From positions 45,430-109,429 of the forward strand of contig JBDHHQ010000008.1 in assembly GCA_039589315.1 (NCBI GenBank): a stretch of DNA of 64,000 nucleotides. Reading direction: 5' to 3'. Positions within the stretch are counted from its first letter, which is position 1. Each line of letters opens with the position of its first letter. The DNA comes from Gemmatimonadota bacterium. GTDB taxonomy: Bacteria > Gemmatimonadota > Gemmatimonadetes > Longimicrobiales > Gaopeijiaceae. The position numbers and the translations under genes were made by a program. Shown here one piece after another: positions 62,198-64,000 of the stretch. The notes below the pieces were generated by a model. It ran no database searches and was not told the origin of the DNA. It saw nothing but the letters and a program-made list of their open reading frames with translations.

Positions 62198-63810
62198 TGG
62201 CCATCGAGGGCAACCTCGCCCACGTCGGGCTCGCCGACATCTGCCAGCTCCTGGCCATGGGACGGAAGACCGGCTGCCTCACGGTAAGCAACCGGCCCAG
62301 CTACGGGAACGTCTACTTCGGCAAGGGCCGAGTGATCTTCGCCAGCGTCCTGAACCGTCCGGACCGCTTGGGCGACTTGCTCGTCAAGAACGGGGTGATC
62401 ACCGAGGAGCAGCTGACCCGGGGTGTTGCCGCGCAAGGCAATGAACCGGGGCGGCGGTTGGGCGAGATCCTGATGGGTCAGGGCGCTCTGGTCGAAGAAG
62501 ACCTGAACCGCTTCGTCACGCTCCAGATCGAAGAGGCCGTATACCACCTCTTCGGCTGGAGTGAAGGGACGTTCCGGTTCGAGCCCGACGAGGTACCCCC
62601 GGAGGACGTCATGCTCGTGTCCATCAACGCCGAGGGCCTCCTGCTGGAGGGCGCTCGCAGGGTGGACGAGTGGAGCCTGATCGAGAAGAAGATCTCGGAC
62701 TTCGACCTGATCTTCTCGGTCGAGCATCTCCCCGACGAGAGTGACGCCGACGTCGAGTTGACCGACAATCAGAGGCGTGTCCTGCCGCTCCTCGACGGGA
62801 AGCGCACCGTGGAGGACCTGGTCGAGGCCTCGGGCCTCGTCGAGTTCGACACGGCCAAGGCCCTCTTCGGGTTGGCGCAGGCAGGCTTCGTATCGAAGAC
62901 GGGCCAGCGGGTCCGAGATCCTCTGATAGAAGACGTCTCGGAGCCGAGCGAGCTGGCTCCCGCCTACCACCGAACGGGCCTGTATACCGATGCGGCGCGG
63001 GAGTTCGAACGAGTGCTGGCATCAGATCCCTCGGACACCGACGCGCGTTTCGGGCTCGCCGTCATCGCGCTGAAGCTGGGCGCGTACCAGGATAGCCTCC
63101 GGCATCTCGACGCCCTGGATGAAGCGGTCCGGAATCGCCCGGGCGTGTTGAAGAACCGGGCTCTGGCCCTGGAGCACATGGGCCGCCTCGAGGAAGCCGA
63201 GTCGTTGCTGGACCAGGCGTTGGCAATGGACGCTGCCGACGCCGATGCCGCGTTGTCTCGGGCGATCGTCGCGTTGAAGCGCGGGGATCCGACGCAAGCC
63301 AGGCGGCGGCTGTCCGGCGCCCGATCGTTGCTCAAGAACGGCGCACCCCCCCTCTACTACGCCTACGGTGTGCTGGCCGCGGCGATGATGGGCGACCTGG
63401 AGAGTGCTGCGGCCGTTGGCGAAGAGGGGTTGAGGCGGTACCCCGAAGACACCGCCTTGCTGGTGAACCTGGGAGCGGTGCGAGAGCGCCAAGGGAAGAG
63501 CGACAACGCCGAAGCTCTCTACCTGAAGGCGGCCTCCCTGCCGAACCCCACGCCTCAAGCCCACAAGAATCTCGGGGACTTCGCGTTCCGTCGCGGAGAC
63601 GTGGCCGGAGCGCGGGCCCATTTCGAGAAGGCGGTCAACCTGGATCCTCGGCTGGGCGACGACGTGTACGCCAAGCTCGGGGAGATCGCGCTCCGGGAAG
63701 ACGACCTCGAGTGGGCGCGCATGCTCTGGCAACGAGCCCTGGAGCTCAATCCGGACAACGAGGCGGCAAAGGCGGGCGTCGAGGGGCTCGAGAAGGCCGC
63801 GGGCGAGTGA
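62197..63810 (+). CDS. DUF4388 domain + MshEN-like motifs + TPR repeat protein
   Basis: MAIEGNL....LADICQLL..GRKTG.L.V, G.VYF..GRVI.A, W.EGTFRF and LLLEGARRVDEW (DUF4388 pattern); two RLG motifs; C-terminal TPRs. Confidence 0.85.
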   Translation: MAIEGNLAHVGLADICQLLAMGRKTGCLTVSNRPSYGNVYFGKGRVIFASVLNRPDRLGDLLVKNGVITEEQLTRGVAAQGNEPGRRLGEILMGQGALVEEDLNRFVTLQIEEAVYHLFGWSEGTFRFEPDEVPPEDVMLVSINAEGLLLEGARRVDEWSLIEKKISDFDLIFSVEHLPDESDADVELTDNQRRVLPLLDGKRTVEDLVEASGLVEFDTAKALFGLAQAGFVSKTGQRVRDPLIEDVSEPSELAPAYHRTGLYTDAAREFERVLASDPSDTDARFGLAVIALKLGAYQDSLRHLDALDEAVRNRPGVLKNRALALEHMGRLEEAESLLDQALAMDAADADAALSRAIVALKRGDPTQARRRLSGARSLLKNGAPPLYYAYGVLAAAMMGDLESAAAVGEEGLRRYPEDTALLVNLGAVRERQGKSDNAEALYLKAASLPNPTPQAHKNLGDFAFRRGDVAGARAHFEKAVNLDPRLGDDVYAKLGEIALREDDLEWARMLWQRALELNPDNEAAKAGVEGLEKAAGE

Positions 63811-64000
63811 GCCTCGTCGCCGTCCTCTCCCTCCTGCTGCTGGCGATACGGGTCGGGGGAGACACACCGCAGGATCATCCTCCGTACCGAAGTCTGGAGG
63901 GTGAGCGCGCCGTGGTCTTCTATCAGGACGGTGACTCGGCGCGGGCCGCCCGATTCCTCGCGTTCGCAGAAGCCCAAACGCCCCTTCCCGGACTCCCGCC
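63807..64000 (+). CDS. Secreted hypothetical protein, 3' end outside window
   Basis: GTGA overlap with the upstream stop; hydrophobic N-terminus (VSLVAVLSLLLLAI); frame is open to the window end. Confidence 0.6.
   Translation, partial: MSLVAVLSLLLLAIRVGGDTPQDHPPYRSLEGERAVVFYQDGDSARAARFLAFAEAQTPLPGLP

Overview
This is a 64 kb window of a GC-rich bacterial chromosome. The gene content suggests a diderm, most likely Gemmatimonadota, but that assignment is inference. The left arm (1-14.8 kb) is housekeeping: fatty-acid/branched-chain amino-acid catabolism, glyA, nnr, thiL, plsC, eno, ftsB, an SPFH protein and tRNA-Met(CAT). The right arm (40.7-64 kb) is also mostly housekeeping: tilS-hpt-ftsH-folP-cdaA, exbB-exbD-exbD-tonB, yggS-divIVA-PNP-ileS-rluD. 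It ends in a roadblock / tandem DnaA-like ATPase / DUF4388-MshEN-TPR cluster. Between the arms, directly after the tRNA, lies a ~25 kb glycan locus. Its + strand carries a GH-A/GT2 fusion, a predicted outer-membrane barrel, five APH/choline-kinase-like genes interleaved with six paralogous GT-B-like genes, an ABC exporter and a sulfotransferase. It converges on a - strand CDP-sugar/C-methyltransferase/GT2 operon. The kinase-GT array is the best candidate for an undescribed system: it is built from repeated subfamily modules and includes probable pseudokinases. The double-DnaA-domain signalling cluster is the second candidate. Also notable are a frameshift/deletion in ftsH and a non-canonical GLHH signature in IleRS2. 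All family calls come from motif recognition by eye; no database searches were run.
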